From: Octopus vulgaris
Lineage: Eukaryota
DNA length: 64,000 nt
Reading direction: 5' to 3'
Assembly (NCBI GenBank): GCA_951406725.2
Contig: OX597822.1
Span: 1,364,001 to 1,428,000 of the forward strand
This document shows, in pieces, positions 27,391 through 42,539 of the stretch (positions within the stretch are counted from its first letter, which is position 1; the number at the start of each line of letters is the position of its first letter). The position numbers and the translations under genes were made by a program. The notes under the pieces were generated by a model. That model did not search any database. It was not told the origin of the DNA and worked only from the letters and a program-made list of their open reading frames with translations.

Positions 27391-28692
27391 ACCAAGCAGT
27401 TAAAAGCCTCAATAACTCACAGTAACCATTGAAACTTAGGTCTTGTGTGTTGGTGAATTGTTCTGATGAAACAAAACACTTTTTGCTTGTTTTCCTGGGC
27501 GTTTGATCTTAATAACCTTTCGTAACTGCCTCGGATAGTTGTCAAAATACTCTCCATTGATGGTGCGACCCTTTTGAAGATAGTCAACAAACATATATAT
27601 ATATATATGTCAGATGTACAGAAAAGAAAAGGCAAAGACAGGTGAAAAAATAACGAGAAGGTGTATTAGTTTAACGCTCTACGAAGAGTGGAAAAGACGT
27701 TTCGAGGCTACGTTCTCCGACAGAAATTCGAAGAGCGTGTTGTTCCAAGGTATACACGTACACAAGGCTTTCTATATAATGCTGACAAGGTGACTTGGGT
27801 TCTTTAACGCTCGACGACAGAGTAACAGGTTGCTGATGAAGATTGATTACATTTGAAATCAACAATATTTCCATCTCGCTCGTAATTAGGAAGCTTGTCT
27901 CCCTTGTTATCCTCTAGAAAAGTGGTCTCACGTCGCTTAGAGTTGTAGTGACTCTTATTTCTGGCAATGCGGGTGCTTACTAGCACCTTCCGTCACTCTA
28001 GTGATAACTGTACTTGTTGCCTATCGGCTCTAAAGTGCGATTAGCTACCTTAATAATTTACACACACACACGTGTGTATGTAAATGACTGTATATATATG
28101 CATATATATATATATATATAGGATATTTGTGGTTTTCGTCACTCTTTATTATTATCTTCAAAAACATTTCTAATATAGATATAACTTTTGGCTTTGAATT
28201 CGAAATTGTTATTCATTTATTCCAGAAATATTTTGCAAAAATGTTACAGGTGTTCAAATTTTGACAATTTTCAGAATTTTCAGCCAATCTGAAAACGGTG
28301 CATTCACTACCTCTTCCGCCATAGGTGTAGTGGGTGGGGATGAGGGGGGAGGCATCGACATGTCACAATATTGCTTAAAATAACAGTCAAAACATTAAAA
28401 TATACACGAATGAAATTAACATTAAAACACTCGTGAGCAAATTAAATATTCATAAACCACGAACAATCCAATAGGAGTTGCTAGAAATAACAATCAAAAC
28501 ATTGTTTAAAACTGACATTTATTAGTTTAAAAATTTCGAGAACAGAAGTTGGTTATACACTCTAGGAATTTATAAAATAAGCCAGCTGGCCCCGTGATGG
28601 CTAATTGTAGTATTTAATATATAAATATTGATGGTAAATAAAAATTAATACGCTTGTCAATGTTATCTTGTGGTTGTCTTTTCACAGGCACG

Positions 28693-28787
<95 letters not shown>

Positions 28788-29171
28788 TCACACAAACATT
28801 CACATACCTCCCTTTTACATACATACACCTATACTCACACAGAGTTGAAACGCTCCCACTATCAGTTTGTCATCACCCCTTCCTTTAGTCACATGCGCAA
28901 CATCTTTAGTCACTTTTCGTCATGGTGATGTGTAAAATACTCGCATCTGATTACTAAAATACCCAAATGTTGCAAATTGTAAAGACTAATAACTTTTTAA
29001 TCATGGATTCATAGGGAAAATGAATTTTATTTTCATAATTAGTATACAAAACTTTCTGAAAAAGAGCTCCGCTCGAAACCTTAAATCCTCCTTCTCTCTT
29101 TCCTTTCCTGAGCGCCCAATAACACTATACTTGTTCCACGTCCTCGCGTTGTTGTGTTTTTATGTTTGGAT

Positions 29172-29268
<97 letters not shown>

Positions 29269-29271
29269 ATA

Positions 29272-29665
29272 GGCGCAGGAGTGGCTGTGTGGTAAGTAGC
29301 TTGCTTACCAACCACATGGTTCCGGGTTCAGTCCCAATGCGTGGTACCTTGGGCAAGTGTCTTCTACTATAGCCTCGAGCCGACCAAAGCCTTGTGAGTG
29401 GATTTGGTAGACGGAAACTGAAAGAAGCCCGTCGTATATATGTATATATATATATGTGCGTGTGTGTTTGTGTGTCTGTGTTTGTCCCCCTAGTATTGCT
29501 TGACAACTGATGCTGGTGCGTTTATGTCCCCGTCACTTAGCTGTTCGGCAAAAGAGACCGATAGAATAAGTACTGGGCTTACAAAGAATAAGTCCCGGGG
29601 TCGAGTTGCTCGATTAAAGGTGGTGGTCCAGCATGGCCGCAGTCAAATGACTGAAACAAGTAAAG
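29272..29665 (+). mobile_element. Full-length SINE family 2
   Basis: ggcgcaggagtggctgtgtggtaag (A box), gggttcagtccc (B box), ccttgggcaagtgtctt (CORE-like), internal TA/TG tract, tail ccagcatggccgcagtcaaatgactgaaacaag. Confidence 0.9.
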
Positions 29666-30032
29666 CAGTAAAAGATATATATATATTCATATATACTCAC
29701 ACATTCATGAGGCATAATCTAAAGAGAAAAACAACGTAAACAATTATTTTGAAATCAGACGCAAAAAACGGTTTTAGACTTGCATACATAGTTTGTATAT
29801 CGTTGTTTTTCTCTTTTAGATTTGACATATATTCTATATTTTACATGCTGGTGTTTTCATTGAACGTTTTTATAAATGATCGCCAGACCATTACTATAAC
29901 TATTGTTAGTGCATTTGTTGTTGTAACTCTCACTTCACATACACACACACTCACATGTTTTTTCACCCCCAAAATAGTCTAATTAATGCAACAAATATGC
30001 CGGCTGAATACCTTCCATTTATACATATACAT

Positions 30033-30125
<93 letters not shown>

Positions 30126-30144
30126 TATATACATATATATATAC

Positions 30145-30274
<130 letters not shown>

Positions 30275-31759
30275 GCTTTCTCGTATACGTGCAGAGTCAT
30301 TGCTAAAAAGAATCATTGAAATGAGTCATATATATATAATTATAGTGTGCAATTACGTAATTTATATCTATCTATCTATCTATCTATATATATATATATG
30401 AGGACAAATTCTATATAGACTGCAGTTATTTTGATGTATTAATGCAGACAGACATTAGTGAACAGTCTAAGCAACCTAGAACAATGGAACATAAATTTTT
30501 GATTGACCTTCATTTGATTTTAACAAACATGAGCATGATCATGTGCAATCCTAATGTACAACCAAATCTAGACAAACGTATACTCATATGCATACTTATA
30601 TGTGTATATTGTATGTGCGTGTATACATAAATACATGCATGCATACACACATACGCATATACATACACACACATACATACATGCATACATACATGCATAC
30701 ATGCATGCATACGTACATACATACATACATACATACATACATACATACATACATACATACATACGTACATACAGAAAGAAAGACAGATAGACAGACATAT
30801 ACCTCTTTTTCTCTGACCGCTTTGTTTTTTCGTTCTCTCTCCATTTTCCCCCTTCCAATCCTTTCCGTGGGAGAGCAAAGGCTCGAAACGTGAAAGACAT
30901 TTCCGTTCTTCCCAAGCGTAAGACTAATACACCTGCCTGTTGTTCCCTCGCTTGTCTTCGTCTTTTGTTTTCTGTAAATTCAAACTTCATACGCACGCAA
31001 ATATAAGTGTGTATGTGTGTGTGTATTTAAGTATTTGTTTAAAATTTTGACACTACGCCAGCCATTTTGACAGCGGGTAAGTCGATTACACCGATCCCAG
31101 TTCACAATTACTATTTATTTTATCGACTCCGAAAGGATGCAAGGCAAAATCTACCGTGGCAGAATATGAATTAAGAACTTATACTGATCTAAGCTTGTTC
31201 TTTCCCTTGAACATAGTTCGATGACGTTACTTACGAGATGTACTGTTTTTCTATTCGTCATTAGCTTTCGGTGTGATATCATGTTGAGGATGAGAAGCAA
31301 AAGAATCTAGTTGTTTATGTATGTTATATTGTCTGAATGTCTCTTCTAAAATTAGCTCCTTGTGATAATACTATTTTGTAGCTCTAAGTAGTCACAGTTA
31401 GTTCACGCTTATGTTGTTACTTGTTGTATTAAACTGGTAGATTCCTCGGCGATGTTTATACTTTTAACGATAAGGACATCATCGGATTGAATGGTATTGT
31501 CCAGGTGCCGAAACCATAGTGACATCTGTTTGGCAGCTGATGACGAGAATCCATCTATGTTATACACGACTGTGAATTTCTTATACCATACTCTCGTTAT
31601 TCTCGTTATGTCTTTCATTTTTGTGAAGTGGAAAGAGAGTGGATTGATACCTTGAGAGGATTGCTTACTTCCGTATTGCTTGGTTTTCTTCATAGGTAAC
31701 GTAAATAGGCTTGGACAAGGCCTAGATATTGGTGTCTAGTTTTGGGGAGGTTCTGTGGC

Positions 31760-31804
<45 letters not shown>

Positions 31805-32776
31805 AGCGAGCACACACAATCTGACATTAACACACTCACACACATTTATACATGAATACACATACAGATATTCCTACAACCTGGTCAAAATGTTAATAAG
31901 TTCGTTTCGGCATTATTAGGCCATGGGTTAATTCCCACGCTTTGACAAATGCGTATGATTTACCATAGCCTTGATCTTATGTCCATCCTTTTCAGGAGAA
32001 TTTCTTGAACGGAAACTGTTGGGAAACCCGTGGGTTGAATTTGATCTCTAATACACACGTCTAGCTTGGTCACACACTTTGCTGTTGAGATTTTGCTGAT
32101 AGTGTATTTGACACTGTCCTACTTTAGGCCATTGAATAGTATTCATATGATCGTTAATACTGGCGGAAATCCATTTACTTGTGTGTGTGTGTGTTTTGTT
32201 TTTATTTTAAACGTGTAGTCAGCAGTAACGGCAGTGTTTATGATCCTTTACATGGTTTCAGAAAGTGATGAGAAATAGTTTGTACCTGGATACCTGGTCT
32301 GAAAGCTAGCAACAATGTGTTTTTAGAATGCGCTTAGAAAAAAATACTCGATATTATTATTTAGAGTAAAACTGCTAGAAATTTTACAACCTCTACATTG
32401 AATCTTGATCCTAGGTGTCTCAATTTTATATTAGTTATTAATTTTTCTTATTATCTATAAACGAGGCGAGCTAGCAGAATCGTTAGTACTGCGGACAAAA
32501 TGCTTAGTGGCAATTTGTCCTTCTTAACCATCTGAATTCAAATTCCGTTGAGGTCGACTTTGCCTTTCATCCCTTTGGGGTCGATAAAATAAATACCAGT
32601 CGTGTACTGGAGGGTCGATCTAATCAGCTGACCCGCTCTCCCGATATTACCGGCCTTGGGCCAAAATTTGAAACTAATATTTTATTATTCATTCGTTCTA
32701 TTAATATGATGGAGATCAATGTCATGTATAGATGCAGCGAAGCTTCTCTGTCTTATTCTATATTATATCTTTTCTT

Positions 32777-32835
<59 letters not shown>

Positions 32836-32871
32836 TACATACATACATACATGCATACACACATACATACA

Positions 32872-32899
<28 letters not shown>

Positions 32900-32914
<15 letters not shown>

Positions 32915-33725
32915 ACAAGAAATATTGGAGGACGAATTCCATGAAAACATCTGTCAGGTTTAGGCCTAACGGGCTGGATATTGTTCGGGAGAGACGAGTG
33001 AAAAGTCTACAGCGTCATGAAGCTCAGCTGTGCAGCTGATTTGAATATCTCTTTGAAAACCAAAATAGAACGTGGAAAACGTGGGGAGCTGCTTCGTGAC
33101 ATCCAGCTTTTATATCCGGATTACAAATTTACATTTATATATTTCTTTAGTACCCACAAGGGGCTAAGCACAGAGGGGACAAACAAGGGCAGACAAAGGG
33201 ATTAAGTCGATTACATCGACCCCAGTGCGAAACTGGTACTTAATTTATCGACCCCGAAAGGATGAAATGCAAAGTCGACCTCGGCGGAATTTGAACTCAG
33301 AACGCAGTGGCAGACGAAATACCTATTTTTTTATTACCCACAAGGGGCTAAACATAGTGCGGACAAACAAGGACAGACAAAAGGATTAAGTCGATTACAT
33401 CGACCCCAGTGCGAAACTGGTACTTTATTTATTGACCCCCGAAATGATGAAAGGCAAAGTCGACCTCGGCGGAATTTGAACTCACAACGTAACGACAGAC
33501 GAAATACCGCTAAGCATTTCGCCCGGCGCGCTAACGTTCCTGCCAGCTTAACACCTTACAAATTTACATTTATTCTAATAATAATTGGAGCACTTGGTTT
33601 TGTAAGTAAATACCTAACTGTCAGTCTGAATAAGCTTGAATTTTCAGAAAAAGAAATCGACCAACTGGTTCGCACATAACAAATACAATTTCTAAGTGGT
33701 ACAGTAAAACTATGCAAGTTTAAAA
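32900..33725 (+). mobile_element. R4/Dong-like LINE C-terminal remnant interrupted by a SINE
   Basis: ADLNISLK..GELLRDIQLLYPDYKFTFI|[SINE]|LIIIGALGFVSKYLTVSLNKLEFSEKEI..SGTVKLCKF. Confidence 0.75.
33139..33555 (-). mobile_element. SINE family 1 multimer (tail B) with perfect 18 bp target-site duplication
   Basis: ttacaaatttacatttat at 33121-33138 and 33556-33573. Confidence 0.9.
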
Positions 33726-33899
33726 TATGACATTGTTTTCATTATTTACGTTCCAACGATGGAGCGTTGTATATTTAATAGAAATCAGCTGCTTCTTCAA
33801 AGGAAGAATTTAATTAAGAACAGGTGAAAGCATACGCACATGCAAGGTAATTGCTCCATCTTGTGCTTTCCAGTTTTCAGTGGTATTTCTGATTTTTCT

Positions 33900-34132
33900 A
33901 AGGCGGCGAGCTGGCAGAAATGTTAGCACGCCGGGCGAAATGCTCAGCAGTAATTCGTCTGCCGCTACGTGCTGAGTTCAAATTCCGCCGTGGTCGACTT
34001 TGCTTTTCATCCTTTCGGGGTCGATTAAATAAGTACCAGTTACGCACTGGGGTCGATGTAATCGACTTAATCCGTTTCTCTGTCCTTGTTTGTCCTCTCT
34101 GTGTTTAGCCCATTGTGGGTAGTAAATAAATA
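33900..34132 (+). mobile_element. SINE family 1 monomer with tail B and TSD
   Basis: Flanks ggtatttctgatttttct (33882-33899) and ggtattctgattttct (34133-34148). Confidence 0.9.
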
Positions 34133-35158
34133 GGTATTCTGATTTTCTGTCCATGATCTCTCAGATGACTATTCCATCCCGTTGCACACCTGTACAGTTT
34201 GAAGCATAGATAACAGACAAAAGTTGTAACTTACATGCGCCTCCAAATCGTTAGGTCTGCAGATGTCACCAGTCTTCTAATGCTACAGGACTTTCAGTAG
34301 ATGGTTGACCACTGAGGTCACCATAAAGAGAGTTCTGCACGTTAATGGATTATAGTGATAAACGTTTGTACAACACGAGTTCCAATCTCTGAACTTTCGT
34401 GAGTAATACCCAGGGACAGGTCGAAGCGAGATGACCAGTAATTACGGGAAACCACAGATTTTACATGTGAATGTCCTTCTAGAAGGATGCTGCGACAGTA
34501 GCTAAGTTTCTCACTCCAAGCAATTTTACTGCGCATCCTGACATCCCCCAATGGTATTTCTGCGTTCCTATCTAAGACCCTGACAGTTGTTACCACTTTT
34601 GGTCAGATTTGACATGGGAATATACATATACATACATGCATACATAAGAACATATATGCGCCCATACACAATCACACGCTCTCACCGATTCTGTCAGCTC
34701 GCAGCCTTAACTGCAACAATAACAATAAAAATCGGCAACAAGAGTTATTTCTACAAGACTAGTATTTCTACAAGACAAGACCAATATTACAAGGGGAACA
34801 GAAACGACAAAATCAACAACAAAAAGAACTATAATGGTTTCCAATTTAGATACAAGGTACGGGAGAGTAGTCGGTATTATCTGTCGCAGTGCTTGCCTGA
34901 TTTTATCGGCCCATAAAGAATAAAAGACAAAATTGACCTCAACAGGAATCGAACGTAGAACGCAATGAGCTAGAACAAATACCACAAAGCGTTTTCCCTA
35001 CGATCAAATAATTCTGTCAGTTCACCGCCTCAATAAGAGTACAGCAATAATGATAGTGATCGCGACATTAAGTGGAGGTGCAATGGCCCAATGGTTCAGG
35101 GCAGCGGACTCGCGGTCGGAGGATCGCAGTTTCGATTTCCTTGTGCCTAGAGTAGAAA

Positions 35159-35218
<60 letters not shown>

Positions 35219-35423
35219 GTGTGTGTTTATGCAGGGGAGCATGTGCTGTTTACAGTAATATGTGGACTCTCTGACCCAATAACTTAGCAACATCCTCACA
35301 CTTCTTTTCTACCCTCTTCACTCCTCTTATCTATTTTTCCTTTTTTTTTAAATACCCTCTCTCTCTCCCCTCTTTTCCTCCCTCCCATCCTCTCAACATC
35401 TCTCTCCCTCTCTCCCTCTCTCC

Positions 35424-35455
<32 letters not shown>

Positions 35456-35670
35456 TATTTATCAGCTGGGCAATCTTCCTTAGATTTGCATTGCATTATG
35501 AAAAGACAGTAGTAGTAGTAGTAGTAGTAGTAAATATAATTGTATTGGTTGTAGAGGTGGGGGAAGAAGTAGTAGCAATGGTTGTAGTAATTATAGTATT
35601 AGCAAAAGTAAATGTGAAGTGGTGTTTGTCATGTTTGTAGGTGGTGTTTGTACTAATGTTACAATTAGCT

Positions 35671-36260
35671 AAGGCGGCGAGGGGCTGGCAGAAACTTTAG
35701 CACTTCGGGCGAAATGCGTTGCCATATTTCGGCTGCTGTTACGTTCTAAGTTCAAATTCCGCCGAGGTCGACTTTGCTTTTCATCCTTTCGGGGTCGATT
35801 AAATAAGTACCAGTTACGCACTGGGGTTGAAATAATCGACTTAATCCGTTTGTCTGTCCTTGTTTGTCCCCTATTTGTTTGTCCCTTTGTGGATATTAAA
35901 GAAATAAGTATTTCGTCTGTCTTCATGTTCTGAGTTCGAATTCCGCGGAGGTCGATTTTGCCTTTCATCCTTTCGGGGTCGATAAATTAAGTACCAGCTA
36001 CGCACTCGGATCGATCTAATCGACTTGATCCGTCTGTCTGTCCTTGTTTGTCCCCTCTACGTTTAGCCCCCTTGTGGGTAGTATACAAATAGGTATTTCG
36101 TCTGCTGTTACGGTCTGAGTTCAAATTCCGCCGATGTCGACTTTGTCTTTCATCCTTTCGGGGTCGTTAAATAAAGTACCAGCTGCGTACTGGTGTCGTT
36201 CTAACCGACTGACTCCCCCTCCCCCAAAATTTCGGGCATTGTGCCTAAAGTACAAAAGAT
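35671..36260 (+). mobile_element. SINE family 1 trimer (B+B+A)
   Basis: Junctions at ~35905 and ~36090; degenerate TSD taatgttacaattagct / taatattgctattagct. Confidence 0.88.
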
Positions 36261-36530
36261 TAATATTGCTATTAGCTGCAGGTAACCTTTGCATTAGTGG
36301 TGTAGATAGTGGTGGTGTTAGTGTTGGTAGTGGGTTTAGTGGCAATTGTAGTAGTAGTAATAAATCTAGCAGCAGCGGTAGTAGTAGTAGTAGGGGTAGT
36401 AGTAGTGGTAGAAAGTTGTGTTCTTTTTACTTTGCTGTTGTTTATTTCAAAACCTATCACGACCCTAATATCCATAAACAGTTGCTTCTCTCACTTTTTA
36501 CTGTCTCGCTGGTTTTGTTTTTGTTGAGGT

Positions 36531-36564
<34 letters not shown>

Positions 36565-36723
36565 ACTGTTGTAACATCTGTTGCTGTTGGAGACGGTGTT
36601 GGTCATGGTGTTCTTAGAGTTGCTCTTGTCTTTCTTTTTATCTGTTATTTATTATTGCGCCAGCCTTTATAGTTGCTATTGTTGTTATTGCCATAAGTGT
36701 TATTTTTGTTGTTGTTTTTATTT

Positions 36724-37720
<997 letters not shown>

Positions 37721-38075
37721 GGCTGACGTTATTATCCTTGTTGTCTCCCCTATTTGTTCGTTATTCACAAATAAACCCCACCATACCCATTTCTTATCTT
37801 CTCTCCCCCATTCCTTTTCATTATAAGCCCTCCCTACAATCACCGACCTCACCGTATAGCCCCACCCTCCTATCTCTCCGCCTACACCCCTTCCTTATGA
37901 ACCTCCTTCTCACTCTACCCCTTTTCTTTCATATTTTTACTCCCTTCTACCCGTACACCTAACTAACCACTCCCTCAATTTACTTTTCACATCATAAAAT
38001 GTATGACCACCCTCTTTCTTTTCAAAGATTAGCAGTCTGTTTTCTCCTTATTTCACATTTTATCTGTCTACCTGC

Positions 38076-38132
<57 letters not shown>

Positions 38133-38133
38133 C

Positions 38134-38219
<86 letters not shown>

Positions 38220-38227
38220 ATCCATCC

Positions 38228-38330
<103 letters not shown>

Positions 38331-38331
38331 C

Positions 38332-38370
<39 letters not shown>

Positions 38371-38375
38371 CATCC

Positions 38376-38409
<34 letters not shown>

Positions 38410-38426
38410 ATATTTATCTATCTATC

Positions 38427-38730
38427 GAGGTTACCGTGGTCTTTTCCGTAGGCTTTTCCTTCCACGGGTAAACATCACCTGTCCTCCCCTTTACACTTTA
38501 TATTGACATTTCTGTGATAACGATCCTTATTGATCAATTTTTTTCCTTCCCCTTTTTTCTCCTTTCCCTTTTTTTTAAAAATTTTACCCCCCCCCCCTTT
38601 TGTCCTCTTTCTTTCCTTTTACGATCCCTTTTGATCGAAAACCAAACCCCCATTTTTACCCCCAAAAGAAAAGCTCTACCTTGTAATTTGTCCTGTCTGT
38701 GTGCAGCCCTGTGTGGCTAATAAAGAAACA
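38427..38730 (+). mobile_element. LINE-like 3' UTR embedded in (ATCT)n; second copy at 63938-64000 (-)
   Basis: aaagctctaccttgtaatttgtcctgtctgtgtgcagccctgtgtggctaataaagaaacatat is near-identical to the reverse complement of 63938-64000; both run into (ATCT)n. Confidence 0.7.
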
Positions 38731-38815
38731 TATTTATCTATCCATCTCATCTATCTATTTATCCATCTGTCTGTTACACTGCCTGTCTGCCAGTCTGTCC
38801 GTCTATCTGTCTATG

Positions 38816-38888
<73 letters not shown>

Positions 38889-40029
38889 ATGCATGTATGT
38901 GTTTGTTTTATTTTTCACGTTTACATGTTTTACCCTTTCTTTCTTTCCTCCTTTCGTTTTTCTTTCTTTTTCATTCTTTCTTTCCCTCTTCCCTTGTCTT
39001 TTCTTTCTGTTTCTACTCTCCCTCCTCTCATTTTCTCTCCCTCTCTCTTTCACGCTTTCTCTCCTTCCACCTCCCTTTTCCTATTCTTCTCTTTCTCTCT
39101 CTCCCTCTTTCTCTGTCTACCTTTCTCTCACCTTCCGGTAGTCGGGTGCGAAGTAACGCAAGAGTGGGGTAGCACTGTGACAGCAGCAGGGTGACTATAA
39201 GGCGTCAGCGATGTGTCGAATCAATAGGGGTGGAAGGTCAGTATTGTAAGAATGAGTGGTGCGTGATGGGGTGTAGTGTGGTTGTAGCAAAACAGTTAGT
39301 AAGGTGTCAAAAGGGTGTTAGTGCGGTGGTAGTGATGTCAGCGGGGTGTCAACCGGGTATGGTGAACAAGGGGTAGCATACATTTTAACATTATCTTTGT
39401 CTTTCTAATCATGATAATGTATAATTAATATATTATTCCCCACCCCAACATAACATGAATGCTCTTATAATTAGCCGGTTGGTCAGCCACCCCTTTCTAC
39501 ACCCAGGTGTAGAAACCAAGAGATTTACTACAGATATTACATCTTGATTCTTCCCCTTCTTCTTCTGCCGATCGTCGTCCACAAGCAACTTCCCCATTTG
39601 TACATTTCTCATACCCAAAGGAGTCAACAAGACTGCGTCAATAACGCTCTTCTATCTGCTGGTAATGGCACCCTAATTTCCCTCAAATCGCAACCTACCA
39701 TCTTAGAATAGAAGGTGAGGTGGGGGGATATATTACCTGACTTTATTCTTGTTGCTCTTAGTGAAGTCATTGTCGATGCTGCTGCTGCTGTTTTTGCTGT
39801 TGCTGTTAAGCAACAAGATGGGTAAGGGGGATTGGGTGATGGCCAAGGGCTTAGGGGCGGGAGACCCCAGACTGGGAGGTGGCCCTCGAAGTCGCTGGAA
39901 ATGGAGATCTCCAGGTCCAAATCCTTAGACGGCTGCAGCTGCTGTTATTGCTGCTGCTGATGCTGCGATTGTCGTTGCTGCTGCTGATGCTGTTGTTGTT
40001 GTTGCTGCTGCTAATGTTGCTTTTTTTTT

Positions 40030-40555
40030 GTTATCTTTACTCGTTTCACTCATTAGACTGCGGCCATACTGGGGCATCGCCTTGAAGAACTTTTTTGTGG
40101 AATGAATTCAGCCCAGTGCTTATTTTTAAAGCCTGATACTTACTCCATTGGGAATTTTTGCCGAACCGGTAAATTATGGGAGCGTAAACACACCGACACC
40201 GGTTGTCAAGCGGTGGTGGCAAACAAACATATACATAACATCATCAATAATAGAAAAAGAGAGAAAAAAACGGAGAAAGAAAAATTTGTAGGCATTAACG
40301 GTTCCACATATACGCGCGCGTATGTGTGTGTGGTGTATTTTCCACCACTGCTTGATAACCGGTGTTGGTGCATTTACGCCCCCATAACTAACCGGTCCTA
40401 AACGGTCAGTTTACCTCGTAAATAAGCGGTTCAGCAAAAGATTCTGGTAGAATAAGTACCAGGTTTTGAAAAAGGGGTCGTTTCGTTTGGCTAAAGAGTC
40501 TTCCAGGTGGTGCTCCAGAATGGCTGCAGTCTAACGACTGGAACAGGTAAAAGTT
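40030..40555. mobile_element. Back-to-back SINE family 2 3' halves (- 40030-40225; + 40330-40555)
   Basis: Tail motifs ctgcggccatactggggc (-) and ggtgctccagaatggctgcag (+). Confidence 0.7.
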
Positions 40556-41436
40556 TAAAAAAATTATAGCCTTAAATTCCAGTTAAGAAAGAGAATACTT
40601 ACGGGTAGTTCATTTATTTCTATATTCACAAATCGGTGAGCTGGCAGAATCAGTAGAGCGTGAAATTGCTTCCAGGTTTGGTCCAATTTCCTTTTCCTCC
40701 TTACAGAGTTAATAAAGTAAAGTCCTTGTGAAATACTGGGGTGGATAGCGTCGATTAACCCCTTTCCTTAAATTTGCTGACCTTGTACCTAAATCAATGA
40801 ATTGGTTGACAGTTTAGGAGAGCCATTAAAGCTTCGGACAGAATGCCTCACGGTATATGTTTCAGCTCTTTTACGTTCTGAACTGAAATCCCACCGTGGT
40901 TAGCTTCCCATTTCATCTCTCGAAAGTTGATGAAAAGAGGTATTACTTTAATACTAGAATCGATAAAAAAGACTAACCCCTCTCCTCAAAATTGTTGACA
41001 TTGTATTTAAATCAGCAATAATTAATATACAATCATAAATAGATTAATTCAGTAATCTTATCATTTTAGAATGTGATTAATTAATCAAAAAATATTGATT
41101 GGAAACTACTTAATGTTGTTTCTCATTATGACTAGGTACAAGGTGAACCCGGGTTGAAATGACCTAACATCAAAGAAGTTCCAGTATTACCCATCTTGTC
41201 TTTCTTTTCAAGCGTAATGTATTTAAGACTACATTTACTAATCTTGATCGACTGTTGAGTGAATTGATGGAAAAGTCATTTCTGATGTATCTATTAACGT
41301 TTGAAGTTCCTTTAGTTGGAACCAGTATAGCTCTTTGACATTTTACTTCAGTGTAATTAACAATCGCACATACACTGACACACACATACACACTCACAAA
41401 CACCGGCACAGACATACACTCTCACATACACTCACA

Positions 41437-41523
<87 letters not shown>

Positions 41524-41880
41524 ATATATATGTCAAACAATACAAACTGGGACAAGAACACAAAACATTTAGAAGACGATACAAAAAACACGGACGGGAC
41601 ATTCGAAGCCTTCAATCTTCAATCAAGAACCGGATGATCCTCGCAATTTCAACTGATTAATCTTGAGATTTCTCCAATCTGGCCAGCCCCAAGGAAAAAC
41701 TAAGCTAAGCGCATTAGATTCCTTGGAAGAAAGCTTCGAATGTATACAAAACAAGGACGGAAAAACGGACGATGTTACACGAATATGAATACAAAAAGAA
41801 TACGTAAAAATAATAATGATAATAATGATAATAATGATAACGATAACAGGACATCACAAACAGGCGTCTTTAGACTAGGA

Positions 41881-41916
<36 letters not shown>

Positions 41917-41944
41917 GAAGACAGACACATACAGGCATACATTT

Positions 41945-42358
41945 ACGTAACGAACTCGCAAACACATACACTCACCGACACATACACAAACATATACAAA
42001 ATGTGTGGTGGTGGTGGTGGTGGTGGTGATGATGGCGGTGATATAAAATTCCTTTACTATGTGGTACGTAGCGAACGCGCAAACACACTCACTGACAGAC
42101 ACATATACACTGATATACAAAATGTGTCGTGGTGGTATAAAATGTCCTTTACTATCTCGTTCGTTACGAATGCGCAAATACGCACACAATGACAAAATCA
42201 TATGCAAAATGTGTCGTCGTTGTCATCGTGGGAAAAAATGTCTTTTACTATGTGGTACGTAACGAACGCCCAAACACACACATACTGACAGAAACATACC
42301 CACTCATATACAAAATGTAACGTCGTCGTCGTGTTATAGAATGTCCTGTACTTTAGTT
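41945..42358. repeat. Minisatellite, 4 diverged ~95-120 bp units
   Basis: Units start 41945, 42066, ~42161, 42257: acgtaacgaacgcgcaaacac...atatacaaaatgtgtcgt...aaaatgtcctttactatgtggt. Confidence 0.8.
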
Positions 42359-42359
42359 G

Positions 42360-42539
42360 ACTATAGGAAGATTATTTTGGAGAAACTGTTGTTTTAATCC
42401 AAATGAAAATTAAAATTACATGCTGACACTCGCGGAGTGTAATAGTATTACCTTGTATAATTTGATTTGATTTGGTAGAGCAGTTTGAGAATGCATAAGG
42501 AACAGACAGGCAGACAGACGAAAATTTTATATATAGAGA
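42360..42539 (-). mobile_element. Helitron-like 5' end
   Basis: Minus strand begins TCtctatatataaaattttcgtctgtctgcctgtctgt..., the pattern of metazoan non-autonomous Helitron 5' ends. Confidence 0.4.

Noticed and set aside
31200-31760. Possible Penelope RT remnant on the minus strand
   Set aside because: Only faint motif echoes with many stops; cannot be supported without a profile search
32250-32275. tggtttcag (WFQ) as the possible next homeobox exon
   Set aside because: Reads TWFQKVMRN, lacks an AG acceptor and the NRR motif
34150-34610. Complex sequence possibly from a decayed LINE (also 9970-10290, 46290-46800, 52780-53640)
   Set aside because: No motif clear enough to call by eye
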